Assembly (NCBI GenBank): GCA_977017645.1
Contig: OZ360251.1
Coordinates: 34,658,001-34,722,000, forward strand
DNA length: 64,000 nucleotides
From: Torpedo marmorata
Taxonomy: Eukaryota
Direction of reading: 5' to 3'
Of the stretch, positions 24,503 to 37,084 are shown piece by piece (within the stretch, counting starts at the first letter, position 1; each line of letters starts with the position of its first letter). The translations under genes were made by a program, and so were the position numbers. Under the pieces are notes generated by a model that ran no database searches, was not told where the DNA came from, and saw nothing but the letters and a program-made list of their open reading frames with translations.

Positions 24503-24899
24503 CAGTGGTTCTCAAACTTTTTCTTTCCACTCACATTCCACTTTAAGTAATCCCTTACTAATCACAGAGCATTTATGGCACCCTCTGGCATAGGTTCTCT
24601 GTGATTAGTAAGGGATTGCTTAAGGTGGTATGTGAGTGGGAAGGGAAGGTTGAGAACCACTAATCTAGACCCAATTGTTACTGAAATATTTTGCTTGAGA
24701 AAAATTGTCATTGGCCCATTTCCTTTGGAGTTATGAAACCGTGCACATAACGAGTCAATTAGGTACGATTAAAACAGTGGTTTTCAAACTTTTTCTTTCC
24801 ACTCACATACCACCTTAAGTAATCCCTTACTAATCTCAGAGCACCTAGGGATTATTTAAGGTGGTATGTGAGTGAAAATAAAAAGTTTGTAAACCACTG
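24503..24899. mobile_element. hAT (Charlie/MER5-like) MITE
   Basis: TIRs CAGTGGTTCTCAAAC / GTAAACCACTG; 8-bp TSD GTCTAATC / ATCTAATC. Confidence 0.8.
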
Positions 24900-25324
24900 A
24901 TCTAATCTATAAAGGCCTCATATTTTATACCTCCATCATTTACCTCGGTCTTCTTTGCTCCAGGGAATACAATTAAACCAAATAGTGTGCAGACACTGTG
25001 ACTGTTGTTAAAACACAACAAATGCTGTGTGTTTTTAAATTGAACCAAATGTCCCAACTTGACTTCCCAAATCTTCTCCTTAACAGCTCAAGGGACGGGG
25101 ATACGAGTGAACTTCTGCAGACTTTGAGCTCCAGGCTCGGAAAGATTCATAGGTTGAATGACTAGCCCCTGCAAATTGAGGATATGTTGTGATGACAACG
25201 ACCATCAGCTAGTCCTTGAACATCAGCACAGCTGGGGCAATGTAACCTGCAGAAAGATCGCGTTTCCACGTTCTCTTGGCATCTGCACGTTGTAATTCTG
25301 CACAGGACAGTAACTTCTCATCTC

Positions 25325-25810
25325 GCCGGCTGCATCATAGTGTGGTACGGGTTGCTGCAGAGAAATGGATCGGAGGTCAATCCAGAAGAGTGGCAGAGAG
25401 GATCACTGGAGTCTCCCTTCCCCCACCATCGACGTGATCTACCAGGATCGTTGTCTGAAGAGGGCGCGCAAAATCATTGAGGACCCCTTCCACCCCGCAC
25501 ACAGCATCTTTCAGCTGCTCCCGTCGGGGAAGAGATACAGGAGTATCAGAGCCAGCACCACCAGGCTGAGGAACAGCTTCTTCCCACGGGCAGTGAGAAT
25601 GCTGAACGACCAAAGGAACTGCTCACACTAACCATCCGAGACTCTCATTCATGAAACAATATTTATTTATATATACGAATACGAGTCCTGCCTATGTATC
25701 GTTTGTCTGTACGTGTGTTATGTCTGGTTCCGTGTTTTGCACCGAGGACGGAGAACGCTGTTTCATCGGGTTGTACTTGTACAATGAGATGACAATAAAC
25801 TTGAACCTGA
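25325..25810 (+). mobile_element. Rex1/Babar 3' fragment
   Basis: ORF 25365..25631 of the same family. Confidence 0.85.
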
Positions 25811-25879
25811 CTAACTTGCTTCGCAGAGTGAACCAGAGCCTGCACTGCGGCTGCAACCGTGCAAACTGCTGCAACTGTG

Positions 25880-26120
25880 CCTCCCTGTGCGCGCCAGAGA
25901 GTGGTGTTGCCTTTGGGCGCCGCCGCTTCCATTCATAAAATCCGGGCAAGCGGACGCTGACAGCGTGGTTGCCTTAGCAACGTTCCAAAATAGAACGCCG
26001 CCCGGCGTCAGCACGTCGCGCCGGCGGCGCAGCGTCACCAGGAGAGTTCCAATACGTCAACCTTACGCACGTAAAAACCGGGTCCCGGGGCAAACAGGAG
26101 GTTTCCAAACCTGCGGGAAA
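25880..26120. promoter_or_regulatory. CpG-rich candidate regulatory element in fosB intron 1
   Basis: Non-repetitive; X-box GTTGCCTTAGCAAC 25968-25981; several CGTCA half-CREs. Confidence 0.55.
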
Positions 26121-26384
26121 CCGCTGCAACTTATCGGCAAATCGATAACAATCGATCCAATGCAGCGGCAGGCATCCACCCCCATCCTATGCATTTGCTG
26201 CTGATATGTATTTGCGATCTATTTCGGCATACACGTTTCAACAGAACACTGCACCCACCCATAATCAAATTAGATCCTAAATTATTCTCAATGTTGTTTG
26301 CAAAATAGTCCCGGGAGGTTGCCAGAGTCTCCCCTCCTCACTGCGGACAGGTAGAACACGCAGTAAAGTTGGACAAGACTCCGG

Positions 26385-26810
26385 AGGGCTGTTAACTCGG
26401 CCAGAGACGTCTTAAGAAAGCGGCCTCTATCGTCTAGGACCCCCACCACCCAGGCCATGCCCTCTTCACTCTGCTTATCATCGGGAAAAAGGTACAGGAG
26501 CCTGAAGACGAGCACTCAATGGCACAAGGACAGCTTCTTCCCCTCCACCATCAGATTCCTGAATGATCAATGAACCACAGACACTGCCTTACTTTGTATT
26601 TTTCTTGCACTATTTTAATTTATTTTGTAAGGTGGTTTATACCTACTTTGATGAAGGGCTCAGGCTCGAAACGTCGGTTATGTATCTTTATCTTTCCTGC
26701 ACACTGAGTACACTGTTTGACCTGCTGAGTATTGTGTTTTTATATCAATGTAACGCTGCCGTAAAACAAACGATTTTCGAGACACGTTCATGACAATAAA
26801 TTCAGATTCA
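26385..26810 (+). mobile_element. Rex1 3' end with inserted PLE pLTR (hammerhead motif ~26645-26682)
   Basis: Matches to other copies; TTGATGAAGGGCTCAGGCTCGAAACGTCGGTTATG. Confidence 0.75.
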
Positions 26811-26818
26811 TGACCTAC

Positions 26819-26947
26819 CTGTGGTGTGGTAGTGGGACTGCCGATGCTCTGGCTGAAAGAATCCACGGATGAGAGGTACTGAGGCTCCGAAGGGGAAGAA
26901 CTGCAGCGGGAAGCCGAGTCAAAATCGCCGGAGAATCCCTGGTACAT
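26819..26947 (-). CDS. fosb: FosB exon 1 (coding part)
   Basis: MYQGFSGDFDSASRCSSSPSEPQYLSSVDSFSQSIGSPTTTPQ|GTAGGT, matching the FosB N-terminus. Confidence 0.96.
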
Positions 26948-27099
26948 GTCCTCCCAGTCGTTGATGAGCCACGATTTGTCTCCCCTTGAATCCAGTTTCC
27001 CGTTTGTCAATGGACCAACTATTCAAGAATGCAACAGATATCCCCGTGTTGGGTGCTGTAGTAGTAGTCTGCCGCTCCTCCTCGGTTCCGCCGCTCTCT

Positions 27100-27435
27100 T
27101 TATGAATGAACCAATTCCTCTGTGCGCCTTTTTTATACCCAGTGTATTGGTCTGACGTCAGGCTCGTTAGAACAGCAGCCGGGCAGATGGAGAAAAAGGT
27201 CCCATTCCGCACCAAACGAAATAAGCAGAGAGTCGGAAAGCAGCAGAGGCGAAGGCGACGAAGCTCAGGCTCCGAATAAACCGCTCGTTCAGCCTCCACC
27301 CTGATTTATTACCGGGAAAACGCCATGAAACCCCTCCTGCGAGGAAACTCCGCCCATCCGGGATCCCTGACGTACGTGCCCATATATGGAACTGTGTAGT
27401 TTGCTGTTTACTGGTAACCAAGCAGTGACGTCAGA
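27100..27435 (-). promoter_or_regulatory. fosb: fosB promoter: Inr, TATA, CCAAT, two CREs, CArG/SRE, SIE-like site
   Basis: TATAAAAAA 27137-27129; CCAAT 27146-27150; TGACGTCA 27153-27160 and 27426-27433; CCATATATGG 27380-27389; TTCCCGGTAA 27318-27309. Confidence 0.9.
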
Positions 27436-28442
27436 GGGAATCCCTCTCAAGGCAGCAGGGCCTTAGTTTAAAATAGCAAATCCAGTCTCCGGGAGCTTTA
27501 TTTTTACATTTGATGCCACAAACTCCATATTTAAAAAAAATATTATAACATTTAAAAAAAAACCCTCTTGTGCAGCACAATCTTGCAGCACACGCGGCTG
27601 CTGCAGAAATGGACTTCGTTTTACTTCCAAAAGGTCAAATTGTCCTTTTTTTTAAAAAAAAAGGTATGCGTTCATTGTCTCAGTGTTGTGCCTTGCTAAT
27701 ATTTCTGTTCCAATTACAGCAGTGGCTCCGCACCATTTAAGATGCCTTGTCGAGATATTACAGAATTGCGATTCCTTCTTTTAAAGGTAACCTTCAGAGT
27801 TAAATTTCGAAAGATTATCTGAGCTCTGATAGACACCCGGGGTTAAGATCAAATATTGATCTTGAGGATAAAAAAAAAACCTTGATGGTTATGTATCTTT
27901 ATCTTTGCTATATAAAGGAGACCGAGTTTCTCCAGCATTGTGTGTTTTTACTTCAACCACGGTGTCTGCAGACTTTCGTGTTTTACTTCCAAATATTTTA
28001 ATGTACTGGTTCCTCGATCAAAGACGTTGTATCGACTTGCCTGTTTGTGTCCGCCGGGGAAGGTTACTTGCAGTTCTGATACCCACCCGAGGCATTTTGG
28101 AGAGGACGGTGAGCTTCCACCGCCCCCACAACTTTTACTTTCCTCAGACAGTTTTTTTTAATTTACATTCCGACACTGAGCAATGTATCCTTGGTTGAGG
28201 AATCGGGCACTCGCGTGCGTGGGGATTCCTGTGAAAGGGCCGCACCGAGGTTAGTCCTGTTGACAACACATCCCAGCCAGCGTCTGAACTCAGTGAGAAC
28301 ACACAACTTCCCCTAGAGCCAGTGAAACTTCAGACAACGTTTAGAAAATAAGATGTGGATCCTGACATAAATACTTAATAGGAAAAAAATATTTAAACCA
28401 CGCATTTTTTTTCTCTGCAGCCAGGTTCTTCAATTAAGCAGA

Positions 28443-29040
28443 GTGAAACGCGAAAGTCTGCAGGTGCTGTGATTGTAGTAAAAACACACTGGAGCAACTC
28501 AGCCGGTCTCGCAGGAGGTAAAGATATATTAACGACGTTTCGGGCCTGAGCCCTTCTTCAAGGTATAAGCAAAGAACAGGAAGGTGTCAGAATAAAGAGA
28601 CTGAAGACTGGCCGGGGGAAGAGTCCAGACCAACAAAAGGTGTTAATTGGATGTGATAAGAGGAGAGGTGAGAATTGATTTTGGCTCTGTGAAAGGAGAC
28701 AGAGGGAAAAGGGGAGAGAGAGAGTCAGAGCTGGGGGAAAGGCAAAGGGGGACGAAGATAAGAGGGGCGGGTATAACGGAAACTGGAGAAGTCGGTGTTA
28801 ATGCCATCCGGTTGGAGGGTGCCCAGATGGCAGATGAGCGGTTGTTCCTCTAATTTGCGGGTGGTCTCAGTCTGGCAGTGCATGAGACCATGGACAGACA
28901 TGTCGGCAAGGGAAAGGGATGGGGAATTGAAATGGGTGGCCACTGGGAGATCCACGCTATTGCGGCGGACAGAGCCGAGGTGGTCAACGAAGCGATCTCC
29001 CAGTCTGCGTCCAGTCTCCCCGATGTAGAGGAGACCACAC
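28443..29040 (-). mobile_element. Penelope-like 3' fragment (second subfamily) with hammerhead motif ~28525-28567
   Basis: CGLLYIGETGRRLGDRFVDH...QPDGINTDFS; ATACC-TTGAAGAA-GGGC TCAG GCCC-GAAA-CGTC. Confidence 0.85.
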
Positions 29041-29229
29041 CTATTAAGCACTTGTTTTGGCAGAACAGGTCTGCAGAACGTGACACCAACAAGGTCGGTT
29101 GTTGATAGAGAAGTACTGACCAGTGCAGCTCTACGAGACAGGGCTTCGGGTCCATGCTCTACACTAATCCCATTTGTCCGTATTTCCCTTCCCACCTGAA
29201 AACCTGTGCCCTCGAGCTTTAGACTTCCC

Positions 29230-31070
29230 CGCCCTTAATAAAAAGATTATGGCTATCCATGTCCATCAGATGTTATAAACCTTCCATAAGGTCACCTTCA
29301 AGCCTCCTACAGTCCAATGAGAATAAACCCTGCCTATCCAATCTCTCCTTATAACTATGGCCTTTCATTCCAGGCAACACCCTGGTGAATCTCTTCTGCT
29401 CTCTCTCTATTGCTACCACATTCTTTCTGTAGTGTGGCAACCAGAACTGTACAGATATTCCAAGTGTGGTCTGACCAACGTTTTGTACACCTGCAACATG
29501 ACGTCCCAACTCTTACACCCGATGAACCAAGCGTACCAGTTGTCTTTTCCCACTATCCCATCCACTTGTGTTGTCAGCACTTTCAAGTCACTGTAATTTG
29601 CATCCCAAGGCCTCTCAGTACATCAACATCCCTCCCATTTACTTAATACATCCACTCAAAATTTGACTTCCCAAAATTCATTTGCGGAGGTTTGGTATGA
29701 CATCGGAAACCCTGGAAAATTTCTACAGATGTGTGGTGGAAAGTGTACTGACTGACTGGCTGCATTACGGACACCAATACCCCTGAGCGGAAAGGTAGTG
29801 GACACAGCCCAGGACATCGCAGGCAAAACCCTCCCCACCATCGAGGACATCTATAGGGAACGCTGCCATCGGAGAGTAGCAGCAATCATCAAGGATCCAC
29901 ACCACCCAGCACACGCTCTGTTCTCACTGCTACCATCAGGAAAGAGGTATAGGTACCACAAGACTCACACCACCAGGTTCAGGAACAGCTGCTACCCCTC
30001 CACCATCAGAATCCTCAACAACAAACTCAATCAGAGACTCATTTAAGGACTCTTACTTTTGCACTTTATTGATTTTTTCCTCTGTATTGCACAGTCAGTT
30101 TGTTTACATTTCTTTATTTGTTTACATGTGGAGAGTTTTGCCTGTGATGTCCTGGGCCATGTCCACTACCTTGTGCAGGGCTTTCTGGCTGGTTGTATCA
30201 CTGCCTGGTATGGAGGCGCCAACTCTCAGGACAAGAATAAACTCCAAAGGGTTGTTAACTCGGCCTGTGACATCACAGGCACCAGACTTCACTCCATCGA
30301 GGACATCTACATGAGGCGGTGTCTTAAAAAAGCAGCCTCTATCCTCAAAGACCCCCACCACCCAGGCCATGCCCTCTTCACTCTGCTTCCATCGGGGAAA
30401 AGGTACAGGAGCCTAAAGACGAGCACTCAACGGCACAAGGACAGCTTCTTCCCCGCTGAAATCAGACTCCTGAATAATCAATGAACCAAAGACACTATTA
30501 TTTATATTTTTTTATAGTAATGTCATAAGATGGTTATAATATGAATGTTTGCACTATGATGCTGCCGCAAAACACCAAATTTCATGACTTGTTCATTACA
30601 ATAAATTCTGATTCTGATTACAGGAAGGATGTGGAAGCTATGGAGAGGGTGCAGAGGAGATTTACCAAGATGTTGCCTGGATTGGAAAACAAGTCTTATG
30701 AGGCAAGGTTAGCAGAGCTGGGACTTTTCTCTTTAGAGCGAAGAAGGATGAGAGGAGACTAAGTAGAGGTCTACAAGATTATGAGAGGCATAGATAGGGT
30801 GGACAGCCAGCACCTGTTTCCCAGGGTAGGAATAGCAAACACCAGAGGACATGTGTACAAAGTGAAGGGAGGGAAGTTCAGGGGAGACATCAGGGGTAAG
30901 TTTTTTACGCAGAGAGTTGTGGGTGCCTGAAATGCCTTGCCAGGGGTGGTGGTGGAGGTTGGAACATTAGGGGCATTTAAGAGACTCTTAGACAGGCACA
31001 CAGGTGGAAGAAAAATAGAGGGTTAAGGGGTAGGGAGGGTAGGTACAGTATATATAGGTCGGCACAGCCT
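29230..31070. mobile_element. Cluster of CR1 (29230-29680 -, 30617-31070 +) and Rex1/Babar (29680-30615 +) fragments
   Basis: Family-typical peptides in the ORF track. Confidence 0.8.
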
Positions 31071-31944
31071 CGAGGGATGATAAGTGCTGTGGTGGTCGAT
31101 GTTCTATGAGGGTTCCAAAAAATATGTGGCTCAAATTTAAGGCAATTTAAGGTGAGAAGAAAGGTGAGGTTGGGGATCACGGGGATTTGAAACTGACTGC
31201 CAGAGTGGGGCGGGGGGGGTGATGGGAATGCGGGGACAATAGGTAACAGGAACCATTAGTGCGGAAATGGGGTCGCTCTGCAAGTCAACATCGACTCAAT
31301 GACTGGGCTCCTTCCACTTTATTCCCGGGAACACAATGTTCCTGCACGGGGTGAACTGCAGTTCGTCCAACCTTGAGATGAAGGTAAGTACACTCTTCGA
31401 AAGCACGCAATGGAAGAGGTTTCAGCAGCATAAATGCTGGGGAACGTATCACTCCTTAGCCTGCAGGCCCTGAGCTAATTAGACCTGTCTCACGATGCAG
31501 ATAGAGATGAAACACAGCTAATTCAGATCGGATAAACCACAAGCAGCAATGATCTAACAGAACAATTAAGTTGTAAGTATGTGTAATTTTGTTTGGAGCA
31601 TAAATATTGGTCAGGATACCAAATGCCATGAGAAAGTTTGGGTCCACTTGCATTCTTGGTTACTCCATTAGATGTCGGCTCCCACTGCCCTGGATCATAG
31701 TGTCAGTTGTGGCTCATCTTTGGCTCTAGACTCTGGATTCGAGTGTCACTCCAGGGCATACAATCTGGCCTGACACACCCACTGCGGGACTGAGGGAGGG
31801 TGGCACTGTCAGCGTTTCTGACCTTTAGATGTTGCGCTAAACTGACACCTTGTTTTCTCAACAGGCAGCCATGAAAGTTCTGGCTGCGGGAATCAACAGG
31901 GTCTCAGATTATTCCAACAAACATAATGTATTTTTTTCATTTCA

Positions 31945-32193
31945 TTTGGACATACATCGCAGTAACAGGCCCTTCTGGCCCACGAGCCCGTGCTGCCCAC
32001 ATACACCCATGTGACCAATTAACCTACTAACCCCGTATGTCTTTGGAATGTGGGAGGAAACCGGAGCGCCCGGAGAAAAACCACGCAGGTCACAGGGAGA
32101 ACGTGCAAACTCCTTACAGACAGCGGCAGATTTGAACCCGGGTCGCTGGAGCTGTAACAGCGTTCTGTTAATCGCTGCGCTAACCTTGCCGCC
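31945..32193 (-). mobile_element. V-SINE (diverged)
   Basis: V-domain and B-box in reverse orientation. Confidence 0.75.
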
Positions 32194-32299
32194 TCGTGTT
32201 TTGGAGTAGGATTGGGCAGGATCTGACTAATATTCAGTCTGTTTGTAGGAGGGTCAGTGCACAAATCAATTACCAGGTTTGCTACATTACAAGGCTGCA

Positions 32300-33295
32300 T
32301 AAGATTATGTGGGGCTTAGATAAGGTGGACAGCCAGCACCATTTACCTGGGGCAACAATAGAAAACACCAGAGGACATCGGTTTAAGGTGAGGGGAGGAA
32401 AGTTTAGGGGAGACATCAGAGGTAGGTTTTTTTATGCAGAGAGTGGTGGGTGCCTGGAATGCATTGCCCGGGGGTGGGGGTGGAGGCTGGTACAATAGGG
32501 ACATTCAAAAGACTCTTAGACAGGCACATGGATGTAAGAAGAATAGAGGGTTATGGGTGTGAGGTTGGGGAGGAGTAGATTAGGTTTACATATGTCAGCA
32601 CAACATTGTGGGCCAAAGGGCCTGTACTGTGCTGGGATGTTCTATGTTCTACTTCCATAGCTCAATGAAAAGCATAGATAAGATAGAGGTCGGTAAGTTG
32701 TTTCCATTGGTGGGGGAGACCAGAACTAGGGGACATAGCCTCAAGATCCAGGGTAGTAGATTTAGGACGGAGATGAGGAGGAACTGCTTTTCCCAGAGGG
32801 TGGTGAATCTATGGAATTCGCTGCTCAATGAAGCAGTGGAGGCGACCTCAGTAAATATAGTTAAGACAAGGTTGGTACAGGTGCCACAAGACTCGCACCA
32901 CCAGGTTCAGGAACAGCTGCTACCCCTCCACCATCAGACTCCTCAACAACAAACTCAATCAGGGATCAGTTAAGGGCTCTTACTTATGCACTTTATTGAT
33001 TTTTTTTAAATTCTCTCTGTATTGCACAGTTTGTTTACATTAGTACAGTTTTTTTTTGTACTACCAGTAAGTGGTAATTCTACCTCGCCCGCAGGAAAAA
33101 GAATCTCAGGGTTACCTCATGTATGACAATAATTCTGAAATCTGAATCCAGATAGATTTTTACAAAGATGGGGAATTAAGGGATATGGGGAAAAGGCAGG
33201 TAGGTGGAGATGAGCAGCCATGATCTCATTGAATGGCAGAGCAGGCTCGACAGGCCGGATGGCCGACTCCTGCTCCTATTTCTTATGTTCTTAAT
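32300..33295 (+). mobile_element. CR1 3' fragments with a nested Rex1 tail (~32875-33150)
   Basis: TRGH..RRNCFSQRVVNLWNSL; Rex1 3'UTR match. Confidence 0.75.
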
Positions 33296-33680
33296 AACAT
33301 CCGGGATAAAGTTGTCCGATAAATAGCACCCATTTTCTGCTCGGAGCATTTACTCTTTCCAACTTTGCGGCACTGAATCTATCTCAGTTGCTCAGCTAAA
33401 GCTACTCCGACATGACCTCCCCAAACCCACTATCTCTACAATCAAGAAAGACAAGGGCCGCAGGCACATCATCTGCCACGGTTTTCCTCTGAAGCAAATT
33501 GGGAATAAATATCTCACAACTCCTTCATCAGCTCTAAGCTCAGGAACTTCCTCCCCGACATCATCAAGGGAACACCTTCTCCAGAGGAACGGCATTGGTT
33601 CAAGGAGCTGATTGGGGATAGACAATTAATGCCGGTACTTGGTAGTGGCTCTTATTTCCCCTTCATGAATAGCAAATATA

Positions 33681-35775
33681 CAGTAAAATCCCTGGTATCC
33701 GGTATTCAAGCAACCGGCAAAAACATAGAGGAAAACAAATAATTTAAAAAAAAAGAATAAAATAATAGGTAAAAATACGTAAGTTTAAAATTGTAAAAGC
33801 AAATGTTCTCTGAAGTAACACATAAACCTTTGGTGAAGATGGGAGCAAATATTCAGCCAGCGGAGTGCCTTGCTTTGCTCGTAGCAGCTGTTTGAATAAA
33901 GTTGTGTGAAACAGCAATGGCATCGCCCAGGATGAAGAGCTGGTTGATGCCGCTCGCCGTTGGGGTGACTCTCTTAAAGTGTCTCCTTATCCCTGCTTAG
34001 TAAGAGTCGCCCCGGTCAGAGGCTTTATCTGTAAACTTGGGGAGGGGGGTTAATTATCTATAATGCTATTGTTTGTCTTTCGGGCGGCTCCGTGGAGGAG
34101 GAGGAACCTGCAGCTGCAGCGACGGTTAAATGTTTTCAAAGAATGTGACTGAAAATAAAGTAAAATGCTTTAAGGTTTTTATATTCATACAAGTGAAGTT
34201 TGTTCAGTGCAAGTACAGTATAGTATTTTTGTATTTTAAACTGTTTATTCTTAATCCAGGTGTATTAGATAAGCATTGTAAGTCTCAAGCAACCGGAAAA
34301 TACACTTATCCAGCATCTTTCTTTTTAAAATATTTTTATTGAGTTTCAACAATAAACATGTATACAGAGTAACAGAATTAAGAAAAACATTCAAAAAATC
34401 AACTGGTATTCATACATGTATATATTAAAAAAAACTAAGTAAATTGTCGTAACTAAATTCTGAATATAGGTTAAAACTCTAGTTCCGTATAATTATCTTA
34501 AAAAAAAAACCCAATTGAAAATAAAATAAAAAGAAAGAAAAAAAAGACAAAAAAACACTAATAACTAATCTATTCTAACCCCTCCCTCGAAGCAAGGTTA
34601 CCTTGATATTGTAAAAAAGGAAAAAAAAGGTATGGATCCTGTAGCGACCTCCAAGCATCGGACAGAGAGTCCCCGGGATAGTCAGTTTTGTTAATTCTTC
34701 CAATCATGATAGTATTCAATGAATGGCCCCCGATCTTTAAAAATTGAAATTTCTATCTTTAATATTATATCTAATTTTCTCCAAACTCAGAAAGGACATT
34801 ACATCTAGTAACCACTGTCTATGTGTTGGTGATAACTCATCTTTCCATTTCAATAAAATTGCTCGTCTGGCAATCAAAAGCTAAAACTTTTTCCTGAGAT
34901 GCAGACAAAGGTATGTTAAGTTCATGTGAAAAACCAAACAGAGCAATTATAGGACATGGTTCAATATTAATCTTAAAAATCAATGATAAAGATTTAAAAA
35001 TATCCTTCCAAAATCTCTCCAAATTGGGGCATTCCCAAAACATATGTATCAGTGAAGCATATGTATCCTTTTTACCATTTTCATTTTTTAAATTAACTCA
35101 TAACCCGTTATTGAGATATAGGTTGGGAATATGGGCACAGTTTAGAATTTTTTTAGGATTTAATAGCTTTTCTCTGGCTAGTCCTATTATAGATAATCAC
35201 CTTTTCCAGCCGTCTGTGATGGATGTAGGATTTAGGGAATGGTATAGATTGGGAATTCATAGTTTTAATGATCTTTTTATTCGAGATAGTTTTGCCACTT
35301 TCGAACAATTGGTCAATAAATTTAATCTTACTAATAGACATTTTTTTAGATATTCACAAATTAGACATTTTGTTCAGTCTAAGCTTTCAGATTTTCCTCG
35401 AATTTTAAGTTCTAATTTTCTTGATTTACTTTTTAGTATACGGTTCTTTTTCCAACGTGGATTAACATCATGTATATATAATAATTTATTGGAAATCAGA
35501 GTAGCTTCTATGACGGGGATCAAGAATGAATGGGAATGAGATTTGAACGTTACATTTTCTGTTCAAGATTGGTACAATGCTCTTGATCTAATTAACACCT
35601 CATCCTTTTGTGCAAGACACCATTTACTACAATTTAAAGTGGTACATAGAATTCATATGTCTAAACTTAAACTATCACGTTTTTACACTGACATAGATCC
35701 ATTGTGTGAGAGACGTAAAATTCTTATCCAGCATCTAACAATCCCCGTAGGTGCCGGATACCAGGGGTTTTACTG
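33681..35775. mobile_element. TcMar/Tigger-like DNA element hosting an L1
   Basis: TA-CAGTAAAATCCCTGGTATCCGG ... CCGGATACCAGGGGTTTTACTG-TA. Confidence 0.8.
34319..35722. mobile_element. 5'-truncated, 5'-inverted L1
   Basis: 14-bp TSD CTTATCCAGCATCT (34305-34318, 35723-35736); minus-strand 3' end (HMFWECP) and plus-strand upstream ORF2 (QFKVVHRIH..DPLCER). Confidence 0.85.
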
Positions 35776-36227
35776 TAGTTTGGGATATCTCAAAGGGACA
35801 TGAAGTGTGCTGTAGAAGCACAAACCTTTCTTTAAGTGAGATGATGATGGTGGTGGATGAGTTTATTGTCATATACTTAAGTACAATGCATGGAAATTCC
35901 TACTTGCTGTCGTCAAATAGGTACGTAAGATGCATCAACTGCAATGGTTTGATTACTACAATATGCCAGGATGGAAAAAGGGGTAATAAATGTAAAAAGA
36001 TTGATAAATGAATATTCACAGTTGCAGTTAATGCAAGAAAAAAAGTGATGTTTCAATAGCGCAGACAGATCTTTAGGTGGTCCTGGGGTAGTTTATGGTT
36101 AGGGTAGTTCAGAGAGGTTCAAGAGCCTGTTAGCTGTTGGGGAATTTGAACGCAGAGATGCTGGTCTTCAGGCTTCTGTACCTTCTGCACAGAGGGAGCA
36201 GTGAGAAGCGGTTGTGACCAGGGTTAT

Positions 36228-36365
36228 GGCCTTGAAGAAGGGCTCAGACCCGAAACGTCGGTAGTATATCTTTACCTCCTACGGACGCTGCGAGACCGGC
36301 TGAGTTCCTCCAGCATTTCTGTGTTTTACTACAATCACAGCGTCTGCAGACTTTCGTGTTTCACC
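36228..36365 (+). mobile_element. PLE pLTR with hammerhead-like motif
   Basis: CCTTGAAGAAGGGCTCAGACCCGAAACGTCGG. Confidence 0.7.
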
Positions 36366-37084
36366 TCTTCTGCCCTTTATGACGTGGGCTGCCTTCCTGA
36401 GGCAGTGCCTAACATCAATGTCTTCAGTGGACGGGAGGACGGAGCCTGTGATGGACTTGGCTGGGTTTGCTATTTTCTCCAGCCCTCTGCATTCCTGGGC
36501 ACTCGAATTTCCCAACTAGATTCAACCGGTCAGTATGTACTTTCCACAATACACCTGCAGAAGTTCAGTGGGACATTAAACATCTCCTCAGACGTCTTAG
36601 AAAGTCGGGCCAACCCAGTTCCACTTTGTGTGATCCCCAGACCCTCTCACTAAGAAACTACCACCGAGGTACAAGGCTGATCATGTTGCTGGATTATTGT
36701 TGTTTTAAGCAAAGTCCCTGGCCTTATCACTCCTGCTGGAGGTCATAGAGCAACTGTGCAAATACTGGGGATAGGAAGGCAGAAACCACAATGAACTCGG
36801 ATAAAGTTCAGTGCCTCTCACAGTGACACACCCACACACTGCAGTGTTGGGCTGGGGGAGTCATTGAGTGGGGAACAGCATGGGCATCTCCTGGTACATC
36901 GACAGTGAGGACGGCAGGAATGGCCTGTTGTAAGGAACAAATGTCACTGGGAGGTGAATGATCTGCTCAGTGTAAAAAAGAACATAAGAATATAAGAAGT
37001 AAGACACGAAAGTCTGCAGACACCGTGGTTGAAGTAAAAACACAATGCTGGAGAAACTCAGCAGGTCAAACAGTGTCCTATATA

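Noticed and set aside
26948-27010. In-frame N-terminal extension of FosB from TTG
   Set aside because: Non-ATG start; FosB homology begins at ATG 26947
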